From Mobula birostris (lineage: Eukaryota): a stretch of DNA of 64,000 nucleotides. The stretch covers positions 117,426,997 to 117,490,996 of the forward strand of contig NC_092372.1 of NCBI RefSeq assembly GCF_030028105.1. The letters run 5' to 3'. Under the pieces are notes generated by a model. It was not told the DNA's origin and did no database searches. It worked only from the letters and a program-made list of their open reading frames with translations. The position numbers and the translations under genes are program-made. Position 1 is the stretch's first letter. The number at the start of each line of letters is the position of its first letter. Positions 21,770 through 34,449 of this stretch are shown here, in pieces.

Positions 21770-24430
21770 AGAGTTTCTCAGGGCACTGTCCTAGGTGCAA
21801 CCATCTTCAGCTACTTCCTCAATGATCCACCTACATCACTTTTGTTTCCACTGACAACTCCTCAGCAAATGAAGCAGACCATGCCTGAATCAAGGACCTA
21901 GATGACATTCAGGCAAGTGCTGATTAGTAACAATTAACATCGTTGCTACAAAAGTGCCAGGTGATGAACAGTTCCAATAAGAAAGAGTCTAACCACCTTC
22001 TCTTGACAAACTATCGACAAGTTCCCCACCATCAGCCTTCAGGAGGACCATAAACTCAGCTGGGCCATCATCATTGTCATTATGTGCCATGTTATATCAT
22101 GTAGGCGATCATAGTCTTTAGTCTGAGAAGTTCTAATAAACTACGAAACTTTTGCTGTCATCCCTTGATGTAACTCATGAGCTGTCGACTGTGACTTTTT
22201 CTTCCCACAGTTTTTACTGTCACTGCAAGACACTCAAGCTTCTCTTTCCTCAGAGCATGTCCCAGAAATTCCACCTGTTGTTTCCTGGTTGTGGATATCT
22301 GTCCTTCCACGTATTTTGATCCTTCTTCTCAAAAACCATAGTTCTGCTGCTTCGAGTCTTCCCTCGTTTTGCTCTGATACTGTCTAACACTCAGTTCCAT
22401 ACGTCAGTGTGGAATGAACGTAGCACCACAACAGTCCGAGTGTCATACCCAGAGAGATTGTTATTCTGTAGTACCTTACTCAAACGTACCAAATGCTCAG
22501 CTGGCAGACTTATAAACACTGCAGCTATGAGAGCAGATTGATGGTGGCAGGGAACTCCACACCTGACATTGTACTGCCTACAAGGCACAGGATAGGAGTG
22601 AGGTGGAATGACCCCTCCCTCCCTGGTGAGTGCAAATCCAAAAATATTCCACACCATTGCAGACAAAGGCACCTTTGCATCTATTTCTACAACCACAGCA
22701 CCCCAGGCATCTATTTCTACAACCACAGCACCCCGGGCATCTATTTCTACAACCACAGCACCCCGGGCATCTATTTCTACAACCACAGTACCCCGGGCAT
22801 CTATTTCTACAACCACAGCACCCTGGGCATCTATTTCTACTACCACAGCACCCTGGGCATCTATTTCTACAACCACAGCACCCTGGGCATCTATTTCTAC
22901 TACCACAGCACCCTGGGCATCTATTTCTACAACCACAGCACCCCGGGCATCTATTTCTACAACCACAGCACCCGGGGCATCTATTTCTACAACCACAGCA
23001 CCCCGGGCATCTATTTCTACAACCACAGCACCCCGGGCATCTATTTCTACAACCACAGCACCCGGGGCATCTATCTCTACAACCACAGTACCCCGGGCAT
23101 CTATTTCTACAACCACAGTACCCCGGGCATCTATTTCTACAACCACAGCACCCTTGGCATCTATTTCTACAACCACAGCACCCCGGGCATCTATTTCTAC
23201 AACCACAGCACCCGGGGCATCTATTTCTACAACCACAGTACCCCGGGCATCTATTTCTACAACCACAGCACCCTTGGCATCTATTTCTACAACCACAGCA
23301 CCCTTGGCATCTATTTCTACAACCGCAGCACCCGTGGCATCTATTTCTACAACCATAGTACCCCGGGCATCTATTTCTACAACCACAGCACCCTGGGCAT
23401 CTATTTCTACAACCACAGTACCCCGGGCATCTATTTCTACAACCACAGCACCCTTGGCATCTATTTCTACAACCACAGCACCCTTGGCATCTATTTCTAC
23501 AACCACAGTAATCCGGGCATCTATTTCTACAACCACAGCACCCTGGGCATCTATTTCTACAACCACAGTACCCCGGGCATCTATTTCTACAACCACAGTA
23601 CCCCGGGCATCTATTTCTACAACCACAGCACCCCGGGCATCTATTTCTATAACCACAGCACGCTGGGCATCTATCTCTACAACCACAGCACCCCGGGCAT
23701 CTATCTCTACAACCACAGCACCCCGGGCATCTATTTCTATAACCACAGCACCCGGGGCATCTATTTCTACAACCACAGCACCCCGGGCATCTATTTCTAT
23801 AACCACAGCACCCTGGGCATCTATTTCTATAACCACAGCACCCGGGGCATCTATCTCTACAACCACAGCACCCCGGGCATCTATTTCTACAACCACAGCA
23901 ACCTGGGCATCTATCTCTACAACCACAGTACCCCGGGCATCTATCTCTACAACCACAGCACCCCGGGCATCTATCTCTACAACCACAGCACCCCGGGCAT
24001 CTATTTCTATAACCACAGCACCCCGGGCATCTATCTCTACAACCACAGCACGCTGGGCATCTATCTCTACAACCACAGCACCCCGGGCATCTATCTCTAC
24101 AACCACAGCACCCCGGGCATCTATTTCTACAACCACAGTACAATCTGCACAAAGCACTGCCGTTGGTCAGCTGGGTTATTCCAGTAGCTGCTGTCATGAC
24201 CTCTGTCACCAGCACCAAAAAGAACAGTGGGACAATGCCGGCTGGCACATAAGACGACTCTCACACACTATCCTTGTCTGGGAGGAAGTCACCGGTTCTT
24301 CATTGTAGCTGGGTCAAAATCCATCAGCTCCTCCATTCCCAACAGCATTGTGAGGGTGCGTTCCCCGTAAGAACTGCAAGATTCAAGAAGTCGCCTACGA
24401 TCTGCCCAAAGGATGGACAGTAAACGTTGG
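21770..24430 (+). mobile_element. Old CR1 LINE interrupted by an RTE fragment (22065-22390, minus) and by the 30-bp minisatellite
   Basis: CR1 motifs GTTTCTCAGGGCACTGTCCTAGG (PQGSVLG), CTACAAGGCACA..GGAGTG..GTGGAAT (YKAQVRSVME) and GCTGGGTCAAAATCC flank the array. Confidence 0.6.
22677..24141. repeat. 30-bp minisatellite, ~49 copies, no indels
   Basis: Unit GCATCTATTTCTACAACCACAGCACCCCGG; exact 30-bp register kept from 22677 to 24117, last unit partial. Confidence 0.98.
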
Positions 24431-24559
24431 TTCTCCAGTGGTATCATTGTCCTGTGATCAGTTGTCATAGCGATTTCTCTGAGTGGAACATTTTGCTACT
24501 TTGCTGTGGCACCCCTATGCTAAAACATAAACATCATACTTTTCCTTCACCAAGACCCT

Positions 24560-24800
24560 GAGCTACTCGCACAACGCTTTACTGTCCCAGCGACCCAGGT
24601 TCATTTCTGCTGCTGTCTGTAAGTAGTTTGTACGTTCTTCCCATTTCCTCCAATAATCCAAAGATATATTAGCTGGCAGGTTAATTGGTTATTGTAAATT
24701 GTCCCGCGGTTAGGCTAGGGTTTAATCAGGGGATTGATGGACTGCGTGGCTTGAATGGCCGGATGCGCCAGTTCTGCGCTGTATTTCAATAAATAAGTAA
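24560..24800 (+). mobile_element. HE1-like SINE
   Basis: GACCCAGGTTCATTTC B-box remnant, TTAATTGGT..TTGTAAATTGTCCC, tail CTGTATTTCAATAAATAA. Confidence 0.65.
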
Positions 24801-24964
24801 AGATGTATGACTTTGTTCCTACCCTATGTCCTCAGTCACTGAAAATCTTATGTGGTTTTAATATCTCAGCCTCCACCATCCATTAGTTCTGGGACACCCA
24901 AACCTGCCAACTAAATTTTAGCACCTTTAATCCCCATCCCTGACAATTTCTAACATAATGCATT

Positions 24965-25142
24965 GAGCAGACAACAAACTGCTGGAGGAACTCAGTGGGT
25001 TCAGCAGCATCTGGACCCGGAATGGACGGTCAAGACCCTTCATCTGGACCCGGAATGGATGGTGAAGACCCTTCATCTGGACCCGCTGAGTTCCAACAGT
25101 TTCTTTTCTTATTGCTTCAGATTCCAGCGTCTGCGGTCTCTT
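24965..25142. mobile_element. Penelope-like short element with an internal 33-bp tandem repeat (2.3 copies, 25008-25084)
   Basis: Inverted ends GGAACTCAGTGGG / CCCGCTGAGTTCC; unit CATCTGGACCCGGAATGGA(C/T)GGT(C/G)AAGACCCTT at 25008, 25041, 25074. Confidence 0.7.
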
Positions 25143-25288
25143 CCCGAAGTGTCCTGAATCCAGAATCATTGTCCACAGGGTGAGATTTGCCTGCAATAAT
25201 GCAAGGATTACAAGTACATCCCCAGGCTGTGATTTGCTTCTACTGTGGAAGGCATTCTGAGATAAAAAGGAAGCATTGTGTGTTTCAG

Positions 25289-25460
25289 GTTTGGGAGGGC
25301 CGTTGGCGAGTGATCCCTTATGATGTGCTCCCCGACTGGCTGAAGGACAATGACTATCTCCTTTATGGACACAGGCCACCAATGCCCTCTTTTCGAGCTT
25401 GCTTCAAGAGCATCTTTAGAATCCACACAGAGACCGGTAACATCTGGACGCATCTCCTGG
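25289..25460 (+). CDS. ADIPOR1: ADIPOR1 coding exon 3
   Basis: VWEGRWRVIPYDVLPDWLKDNDYLLYGHRPPMPSFRACFKSIFRIHTETGNIWTHLL(G); AG/GT sites; 172 nt. Confidence 0.97.
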
Positions 25461-25679
25461 GTAAGGGAAAGAATGAATTCGTAAGTCTAACTTGCAGCTG
25501 TTCAGTCGCTAAGCGGCCACATAGTGAAGTACAGAAACAGCTTTTATCTTTGACTAATTGTAGGAAGCTGTAAATAGTTGTTCTGCTTTTGGTAATGAGA
25601 TTATTGTAGCATTCTACAGCATGGAAGTAGGCTCTGTAGTCCATTTGTAGATGCTAACCAAGGTGTCTCACCGAGCTGG

Positions 25680-26140
25680 TACTATTTGCCTGCATTTGGT
25701 CCACATCCCTTGAAAATTTTTCTGTCCATGCACCGGTGTAAGTGTGATGGACATTGTAAATGTATCTGCCTCTGCAGTTTACTCACTTGACTCCTCCCAT
25801 AAACCCTCCACCCTCTGAGTGAACGTTTCCCCCCCCAGATCCTTTTCAAATCGTCCCCTCTCACCTTAAATTTCTGTCGTCTAGATTTAGATTCTCCTGC
25901 CATGGGGAAAAATGACTACAACCAATCACCTTATATATAGTTTTATTTCCCTCAATAAGGTGACCCCTCAGCCTCCTGTGCTTTGGGGGGGGGTTGGGGG
26001 GTGAGTCCCAGCCTCTCATAATAAATGAAGCCTTCCAACCCCAGTAACATTCCTGTGAATCTTTCCTGGCTCTTTGCCAGCTTAATGACACCTTCCTACT
26101 AGCTTGGCAAGCAGGGCTACACACAATACTCTAAGCTGCA
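25680..26140 (-). mobile_element. CR1 3' fragment
   Basis: Minus-strand RRLRGHLIE and GESKSRRQKFKVRG remnants. Confidence 0.65.
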
Positions 26141-26444
26141 ATTCATCCAGTTTTAAGTTCAAAGTAAATTTATTATCAAAGTACATATACAACGCTGAGA
26201 ATGAATGAGGGCATGTAGAGGTGAGAATGCATGGCCTGGGGAGGGAGAAGAATGGTGAGAGGAAGGGGAAACTTTTATTCAAATCTATAGACAACATCAG
26301 GCTTGCAGTGAGTTCATGCTTTTGGTCAGCTGTATTATTCACAAGAAACATCTTTGCTGAGAGAACTGTAACAGTTTTTTTAATATAATTTAGTGTCTGA
26401 TGTATATATTGGTGAACAAATCAGTAACTGCAGCTTTTTCGCAG

Positions 26445-26631
26445 GTTTTGTCTTTTTCTTGGGTCTGGGAATCCTGACTCTCCTGAGGCCCAATATGTAC
26501 TTCATGGCCCCCCTGCAGGAAAAGGTGGTCTTCGGAATGTTCTTCCTGGGAGCTGTCCTCTGTCTCAGCTTCTCCTGGCTCTTCCACACAGTGTACTGCC
26601 ACTCTGAGAAAGTCTCCAGAACATTCTCGAA
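26445..26631 (+). CDS. ADIPOR1: ADIPOR1 coding exon 4
   Basis: FVFFLGLGILTLLRPNMYFMAPLQEKVVFGMFFLGAVLCLSFSWLFHTVYCHSEKVSRTFS; 187 nt; includes a Zn-site His. Confidence 0.97.
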
Positions 26632-26809
26632 GTGAGTACTGGGGACCCAGGCCCTGCGTATTGACGTACACTCTGACTCTTGTATCAGAGGCAGGGGGAT
26701 ATAGGTGTGTTTGATGGGGGAATACACCGTTGTGATGAGGTGTATTGGGTGCACAGATGCCAAACACAAGGGTAAGAAGGTGAATTGAGCTATTAGTGGT
26801 AATGAATCA

Positions 26810-27085
26810 TATAGAACAGTATCGGGGTCTCCAGCCCACTGTCCACTGCAATCATTAAACACCCATTTCAGTATCCCATGTTTATCTCCACGCTTTCCCA
26901 TTCGCTCCCTCCAAGGTTGTATCCTTTAACTGAATAGTCGGTACCAATTAGCCTACCAGTCCATGCATCTTCTGGGCAAGAGAACTGAAGCACCTGGGAA
27001 TACCTGCACAGTCAGAGCCACTCGGCACCAGAAGTCAGAATTGAAGCCAAGTCGCTGAAGCAGTGATTCAGCTGCACTACAAGTA
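26810..27085 (-). mobile_element. HE1-like SINE, degenerate
   Basis: CCAATTAGCCTACC and AGAATTGAAGCC...GCTGAAGCAGTGA, as in the other copies. Confidence 0.5.
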
Positions 27086-27694
27086 GGGTGGCATTAGTGA
27101 TTGGTAACCTGGGGGTTGGGTTTGGATCCCACTCAATCTCTGCAATACATTACCAGTGCAACTGGTCGTGATCCAGCCTGGATATGTCTTATTCAATGTG
27201 AGATGTCAGTGTTCTCCACAGGCTGATACGTTCTTTCATTTTGCTGCATGTGCTCACTGATGATTGATTCCCAGTCTAGCGTCATCTCAGTTTTAAAATT
27301 CCCTTCCCTGATTTCCAGTCCTTCTGGACCGACCCCTCCCTCTCGCTGAACGGTCTCCATTCACACAATCTGAGATTTCTATGCTTTTCCAACAAACTCT
27401 ATTTTAATCATACCAGTACTGGTACTTGTACATCCAAGACCTGGGTTCTGGAATTTAAATTCTAGATCTTCATGATCCTCATTCCCTCTGTCACCTGTCC
27501 TAAAAACACTCCCCTTTGACTGAACCTGCTAACGTGGCCAAGTATCATACACATCCATGTAATGGGTCTTGGGATGTTATATATTAAATACATTACGTAA
27601 TGGAAATTAGTGTAAAGTCTGCTCTTCTCGTGCAAACACATGCAAGTGTAATCGAGCACTAGGTTCATCTTCGTGTGTTGCTCTTTGTTCCCAG

Positions 27695-27882
27695 ATTGGA
27701 CTATTCAGGAATCGCCTTGCTCATTATGGGCAGCTTCGTGCCCTGGCTGTACTATTCATTCTACTGCTCCCCCCAGCCCCGCCTCATCTACCTCGGCATT
27801 GTTTGCGCTCTAGGGATATCAGCCATTATCGTTGCTCAGTGGGACCGATTTGCAACACCTAAGCACCGGCTTACAAGAGCAG
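27695..27882 (+). CDS. ADIPOR1: ADIPOR1 coding exon 5
   Basis: LDYSGIALLIMGSFVPWLYYSFYCSPQPRLIY...QWDRFATPKHRLTRA; 188 nt. Confidence 0.97.
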
Positions 27883-28069
27883 GTGAGGGCGTTATGATGG
27901 AGTAGAGAAACAGTACTTGGGCAAATTCACCTATTGATCATCTTTACCGGTTCAGGATTTTGTATTCTGAGGACAAGGTGGAATTTCGTGCCACCGTTTT
28001 CCCTTCAGCCACTCAGTCTGACTTTGTTCTCCCATCCTATTCAGCTGGACATCAGATACGTTGGAGACA

Positions 28070-28380
28070 TGAGAGACTGCAGCCGCTGAAACCCTGGAGG
28101 AACTCAGTGGGTCAGGCAGCATCTATGGAGGGAACTAGATATCAGTGTTCTTCTTTGAGACCCATCATCTGGACTGAAAGATAGAGGGGAGGTGGTCGGT
28201 ATAAGGGTGAAGGGAAGGGATGGATCAAGAGGTGGCAGCCTTGAGTGAGTTGGAGGTGATGGGGTAGGGAAAGTGGCAGTAACATCAGAACCCGAGGGGG
28301 TGGGAGGGAGAGGTGGAGGTGACAAAGGGCTGAAAATGATGGACTCTAATTGGAGTGTGGAACAGAGTGTGGAGGGTAGG
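28070..28380. mobile_element. Penelope-like element fragment
   Basis: CTGGAGGAACTCAGTGGGTCAGGCAGCATCTATGGAGG...GAGACCCATCATCTGGAC followed by a purine-rich body; related fragments at 30200-30440 and 31640-31930. Confidence 0.6.
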
Positions 28381-28654
28381 GCAGAGCAGAATACTGGGGG
28401 AGGGGATCTTGATTAGAAAAGGAGTAATTCACAAAAAACTGGAGACTGTATCCGTCAGCTTAACTTATGCCACAATTTCGCAAATTGGCAAGTTTCCATA
28501 TGTAATCAAAGAATGTGTGTCTTTGGCATTGTACACTGTCACTGTATGCTGTGTGCAGAATCTGAGTTCACCATGGTGTGTACATTGCAGTCCACACACA
28601 TTACATACACCACTGTATAGAGTAGGCAAATATCGAGTGTATGGAATGTACAAA

Positions 28655-29665
28655 AGATTTATAGAATACTACAGCACAGAAAAAGGTTCTTCAGCCCATC
28701 TAGACAATGCCAAACTGCTCTTATGCTGCGTCCCAACGACCGACACCTGGACCATAGCTCTCTATACCCTTCCCAACAATGTAGTTATCCTAATTTCTGT
28801 TAAATGTTGAAACTGAATCCGCATCTACAACTTCCCCTAGCAGCTTGTTACACGCTCGTACTACTCTGTAAGTGAAGAAATTCCCCCTCAGGTTTCCCTT
28901 AAAAATTTCATCTTTCACCCTTTGGCTCTAGTGTCACCCAACCTCAGTAGGAAGGAGCCTGCTTTCACCTTTCCCAAAAATTCCAGGTCCTCATGTCCTG
29001 GAAAATTTTACAATTTTTTAAAACTTTCTCTATATTCTTTCAATCGTATTGGTATCTCTCCTGTAGGTAGGTGACCGGAACTGCACACAATACTCCAAAT
29101 TAGCCTTTGCCAACATCTTACACAATTTCCAACTCCTGGACTCAATACGGTTATTTATGAAAGCCAACTTGTCAACACCTCTCTTTACAATCCTATCTAC
29201 CTGTTCTGTATTTTTTCTTCCAGATCTTTCTGATCTACCATACTCCACAAAGCCCTACCATTTACTGTGTATGTCCTACCCTGGTTTGTGCAACACCTCA
29301 CACATGTCTGTGTTAAATTCCATCTGCCAATTTCAGCCTATTTTTCCAGCTGGTACAAATCCCCACCTGCAAGTTTTGATAGTCTTCCTTTACTGTCCAC
29401 TGCATCCCCAATCTTGGTGTCATCCACAAATTTGCTGATCCAGTTTATCACGTTATCATGCAGATCATTGATATAGATGACAAACAACAACAGACACACC
29501 ACTAGTCACAGGCCTCCAGTTAAAGATTCAACCATCTACAATCACTTTCTGGCTTCTCCCACTTAAGCCAGTGTCAAATCCGGTTTACTACCTGCTCCCA
29601 CATGCTAAGCGACTGAACTTTCTTGTCCAGACTTGGGACTTTGTCAAAGGCCTTGCTGAAGTATA
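28655..29665 (-). mobile_element. CR1 LINE, 5'-truncated
   Basis: ORF 29030-29248 LEYCVQFRSP; KFVDDTK remnant near 29410-29435. Confidence 0.8.
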
Positions 29666-31104
29666 TAGTATAAAATTTAAGGTTTATATCTTACATCAAA
29701 AGTTATAGATATTTGCAGACATATCTGTCCCTTCAAGCATCTTGGCTATTCAAGATCATTTACGTCAGTGCCATTTTCCAGCACTATCTCCATACTGCTT
29801 GTTTCCTGAAATTTAGAAATTAATTCATCTCCATTTTAAATTCACACAATGACTCAGTGTTCACAGGATCTCAACAGTATAGCCTTATTCTCAAATTGTG
29901 CTTGTGGTCCCCTCTGCATTTGCCTGAGGAACTCTTTAAAAAAATTTGTGAGTTTTGATGAGATCTTCTTTTATTCTTGTAGACCATAGGGAATAATTCT
30001 CCCCCACTTTTGGAAACAGTCCAGTGAATCTTTGCTAACTCTGTCTTTTGTGGGTATCGAGACTAAAACTTACACAGTACTTCATGTATAGAACCTTTTA
30101 CAATTGCAAGAAGACTCCCTTACCAGCTCTGCTAAATATGTGCCGCACTATAAGACCAGCCTTACATTAAGACTTTCTTACCCTCCTCTTCCCTCATCCC
30201 ACCCTCATGACTTCCAAGCACTTCTGTCTGGTTCCTCACCACCTTCCCTTTATTCCTTGGCCCGCTGTCCTCTCCCGTCAGCTTCCTTATTCAGTCATTT
30301 ACCTCTTTCACCTGTCAGTTCCCAGCTTCCCACATCACCTCTCCCCCATCTACCCTCCTCCCCCCTCAGCTGGCCATACCTACCACTTGCCAGCTTGTAC
30401 TCTTCCCCTCCCTCCATTTTCTTATTCTGGCTTCTCAGGTTGGTTCAAGGGGGCAGAAGGATCTGTTTATTCCCACACATTGCTTTCTGCCCAGTTACTT
30501 ATTCCCTATCCACCGTATGATGTATGTCAAACAAAATATCGGTCATTGTACTTTCTGAACCTTAGCCAAGTTAATATTCATTCTGCTTTTTCATTTCTTG
30601 AGGCCCATTGTTGCTTGCAGCACTTGCGTTATCAAAAGGCTTTTGTCAGTGCACTTAACGTCAATTGTGTGATCTTGTTCTGCTTCATCAAAAAAGAAGG
30701 AATTGTTAATCAAATTCAGTTTTAACAAATGCAAGCAGGCTGCCTCCCTTTAGTCCAAATTTGGCTAGGTAGTTTCTTTTATTCTCGTGGATTTTTAATT
30801 CTGAATCACTGAAGTCAGGCTAAGTATTCTCTGGTACTGCTTCAAACCAGTGGTAACATGCATGGTCCAGAGTGTATTAATGCATAACTTACAACATATG
30901 TAGACTTCATTCAACATATGCATAATTTGTGACTGAAGCAGTCAGTGTATGTACAGCGTGAAGAGTCTTTTGTAAAATATGTGTAATTGATGTGCAAAAT
31001 GTGTGAAATTGCAGTGTGTACAGTCCATGTTGGTGTGTTAGGCTATGTTCTCGTGAGTATGTGCGCATTGTGCTTTGCATTTATTCTTCCATTCATTTCC
31101 ACAG

Positions 31105-31298
31105 GGGTGTTTCTGGGTCTAGGCCTGAGTGGTATAGTACCCACTCTACATTTTACTATCGCTGAAGGCTTTGTAAAAGCAACAACTGTTGGACAGATGG
31201 GCTGGTTTTACCTGATGGCGGCGATGTACATCACTGGGGCTGGGTTGTATGCAGCTCGCATTCCAGAACGCTTCTTCCCTGGAAAGTGTGATATCTGG
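31105..31298 (+). CDS. ADIPOR1: ADIPOR1 coding exon 6
   Basis: VFLGLGLSGIVPTLHFTIAEGFVKATTVGQMGWFYLMAAMYITGAGLYAARIPERFFPGKCDIW; 194 nt. Confidence 0.97.
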
Positions 31299-32464
31299 GT
31301 AATGTACAGTTAAATTCCTAAGAGACTTTCCCACTGTAACTGGTCCCAATCTGTATCAGATTCCAGAGGGGCTAAGTTCTTCCAGTCACAAGCACCCCAG
31401 ATTGTCACTCTATTTTCTGTAGCTTGTACCAGTTCTGTGTTGGTGCATTTAGTAGAGCCACTATCTCAGATCCAGTGATCTGCTTTCAGTCCTCACTTCC
31501 AGTGCTAACGATGTTTGGATGTTCTCCCAGTTCCTCTGGTTTTCTGCTACATCACACTGACACCCCTAATTTAAACTTTTCCCCAGTTCAGGAATGCTAA
31601 GGTCCTGATCTCAAAACAGGTCAGGAATCAAGTGCTGTGGTAATATGCACAAAATGCAGGAAGAACTCAGCATTTATGGGGAGAAAATAAAGAGCTGATG
31701 TTTTGAGCCAAGTCTGGTAAGGAAGGGGGCAGATGCCAGAATAAGGTGGGGGAAGGGAGGTGTACAGGTGATAGGTGAAACCAGGTGAGAGGGGATGGTT
31801 GGTGGTGGCGAGGGGGAAAGGGTAAAAGGCTGAATAAGAAAGCTGATAGGAGAGGACAGTGAACCAAGGACTAAAAGGAAGTTGGTGGCAAACCAGATGG
31901 AGGTGATGGGAGGGAAACAGAAGGGTAGAGAGAGCCTCCGGATAGCTTGTGAGATACTTCTCCAAGCCACCTAAAGTTCTGTATGTTATAAGTAAATAAA
32001 TTTATTTTAGCTATCAATCAACTTGCCTCAACCAGAGCAGTGTGGGTACTAGACATACTTGAACACAAAATGTAGCTTATGACTATGCAGGTGACTTTCC
32101 AAGATGTGTCATCAAATAGAAGCCACTTCCGATCTTTCTGGTTGTCTTAAAGTCCCCGGTAACGTTAATGAACAGGGGACCTCTCTCAGTATCCTGACCA
32201 TGATTTGTTCTTCAAATCTAAAAACAAAGCCTGCTTTTGATTACATTGCGGTTTTAATGGCCATACAGTGCCCAAATTGGCCACCACATTTCCTGTAGTA
32301 CCTGACTTCAGAAAGATTTCCTCGGCCGTGAATGGCCTTTGGACGTCCTGTGAAGCACAATGTAAATGTAACTTGTTTGAATCAGTTAATGTTGAGCAGT
32401 AAGTATGTCTGCTTGTCTTTCCTTCCCCCATCACTAACCAACACTTCTAATTGTCTTTGCTCAG

Positions 32465-32593
32465 TTCCAGTCGCACCAGTTGTTCCATGTGCTGGTGGTG
32501 ATTGCAGCCTTTGTTCACTTCCATGGAGTTTCCAACCTGCAGGAATTCCGATATGGGCTCGAAGGAGGTTGCACAGACGACTCACTGCTCTGA
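32465..32593 (+). CDS. ADIPOR1: ADIPOR1 terminal coding exon; adiponectin receptor 1 (PAQR family), total CDS 1125 nt / 374 aa
   Basis: ctcag|TTC; FQSHQLFHVLVVIAAFVHFHGVSNLQEFRYGLEGGCTDDSLL*. The C-terminus is ADIPOR1-type, and adjacency to KLHL12 supports orthology. Confidence 0.96.
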   Translation, partial: FQSHQLFHVLVVIAAFVHFHGVSNLQEFRYGLEGGCTDDSLL

Positions 32594-34356
32594 ACCCCAG
32601 CACTGTTGCACAAAATTCTTAACGACAAGACCTAAAGTGCATTGAATATTCTCTTTCTTCGGTTCCTTTTACAAAACAAATTGTCGCTCGCCTAGCCTCC
32701 CCCCTCCAAAAAAGAATTTTTTTTTTAAAAAGGACAGCGTTTTTCAGTGAACTGCGTGAAGGCAGGCAGAATCAGGCTGGGTGAATGTTAGTGAGATTGT
32801 TAGTCCCTGCCAGATTTCTAGTCTCAGTAACTTTATTCAGAAATGCCCCAATAAGAAGGCAACACTAAGGACAATGGTCTCACCAGCTAGGCTGGTGGTG
32901 GTTTCATTAGCCTATTGGAAACCCTTGCAGTTGGAGCAGAAGTGAACCTCGACAGTACTACAACGAAGCAACACCTCAAATTCAAACATCACTCTTCACG
33001 TAAAAATACAATCCCAGGCTTCACAGGAACACAATCATGCACAATTTGACACTAAGCCACACAGGGTAGTAAGTGGCTGAAAGGTAGGTTTTAAAATGGC
33101 TCTGTCATCTGAAGGGCAGGTACCAGTGCGGGAGAGCCTACACTTGTGGGGTTCAGCAGCCTGGAGCGGAGGAGCACGGATCTCAGAGGGAGTTGGGTCT
33201 GGAGGAGATTGCAGAGTTGCAGAGGGGAGGAGAGGAGAGAGGCCAAGGGAAGTTTAAAAATAGTGAGGAGATTGAAATCAGGTTGTGCCTATCCAGATGC
33301 CCATTTGAATCAGACGATTTGAGGATGTTGTAAGAATTTTAATGACGTTGTTTATGGAAGGTAGAACTAAGGATGCCAGGGATGTCGTGAAGCAGCCATG
33401 TGTTGTCAATTGACAGGTAGGTTGTGTTGGGGGTGGGGGCAGTGTATGCCACAAGGTTGGAGCCAGGCAGTATTTCTGAAGAGATGGATTAAATATGTGG
33501 GGATGTCATACTTAGAGTCAAAATGACACTAAAACTGTACAGTCTCAGGCAAGTGCAATAGAGAACTAGAAGCGATGGCTTGTGAGCTGAGTTTGTGGAA
33601 ATGGCTGGGTGCTCTGGCTTCACTTGTCCCAACGCATGTCCGAGGGGAATTACTGCACATCCAGTGCAGGAGATCAATAAACTGCCTGATAATTTGGAGA
33701 TGTTGAAAGAAAGCTTATGGTGAGGTGAGCTGGATTGTTATTGTTTTGTAGATGTGTAATGTGAGTGAACCTGTCCTTTAGAGGGTGCAAGGAACTCTGG
33801 AGATAACATTACATGGGTGAGAAGAGAAGTTACTCTGTACAATGCTTTAGCTATGCCTGGGTGACATTGGTGATATGAATGGAGCAAGGAGACTATACTC
33901 AGTGGAGAGGCTTTGGATGAAGATGGTGTGGTCAGCCTAGTCAGAGGAGGCTGTAACTGGATTGGGAGGTGAAGGGGGAGAGAGGTTACACTTGTCCATT
34001 CACATAAGATACACTCTGGGTTTGCTTTGTGTCTGAAGAATGCTAGTACGTTCGGATTCCTTTTATGTGATCTACTGAGCTGCTCCTCTTCAGCAGCTGA
34101 AATCTGTTGGTAAGCACTGTGACTGAGTGTGGGGCGAGAATAAAACTAGCAGAGCAGTAGTGCTGATGAATGGGCACTTTATAGTAGGTGATGTAGGTAG
34201 TGCACAGTATTTATTTAAAGGGGGCTTTAAGATTGCTTATAGATATGTATATTTCTTCACAGGCATTGTAAATTAATTTTTAGGGGGGGGAGTAACAATG
34301 TACAGAATGTATGTAGTAGTACTTGATCTGACATTGATGATGTAATCTACCCTGCA

Positions 34357-34362
34357 AATAAA
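34357..34362 (+). terminator. Probable distal poly(A) signal of ADIPOR1 (3'UTR about 1.8 kb)
   Basis: AATAAA followed by T/GT-rich sequence at 34385-34400; transposon-dense sequence starts right after. Other AATAAA at 33676 and 34139. Confidence 0.55.
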
Positions 34363-34449
34363 AAAGATTGGACTAGGTCTGACTGTATTTCTTTGCTTGT
34401 CCCGTAATAGCAAATTTGAGGTATTTTTCAGATGCATTCACTCACTCAC

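Noticed and set aside
22590-22625. GVRWNDPSL resembling a bacterial RmlC epimerase motif
   Set aside because: Short chance match in an off-frame reading of decayed CR1 sequence.
10422-24141. CRISPR-like arrays (repeat length ~30 bp)
   Set aside because: Units are head-to-tail with no unique spacers, there are no cas genes, and the context is a vertebrate genome.
22391-24308. 556-588-aa ORFs as mucin, keratin-associated or metallothionein-like genes
   Set aside because: They are overlapping translations of one 30-bp tandem array in an intron, with CR1 remnants as flanks, no signal peptide and no supporting splice structure.
15678-32593. ADIPOR2 instead of ADIPOR1
   Set aside because: RPNMYFMAPLQEK, SEKVSRTFSK and YGLEGGCTDDSLL, plus adjacency to KLHL12, match ADIPOR1.
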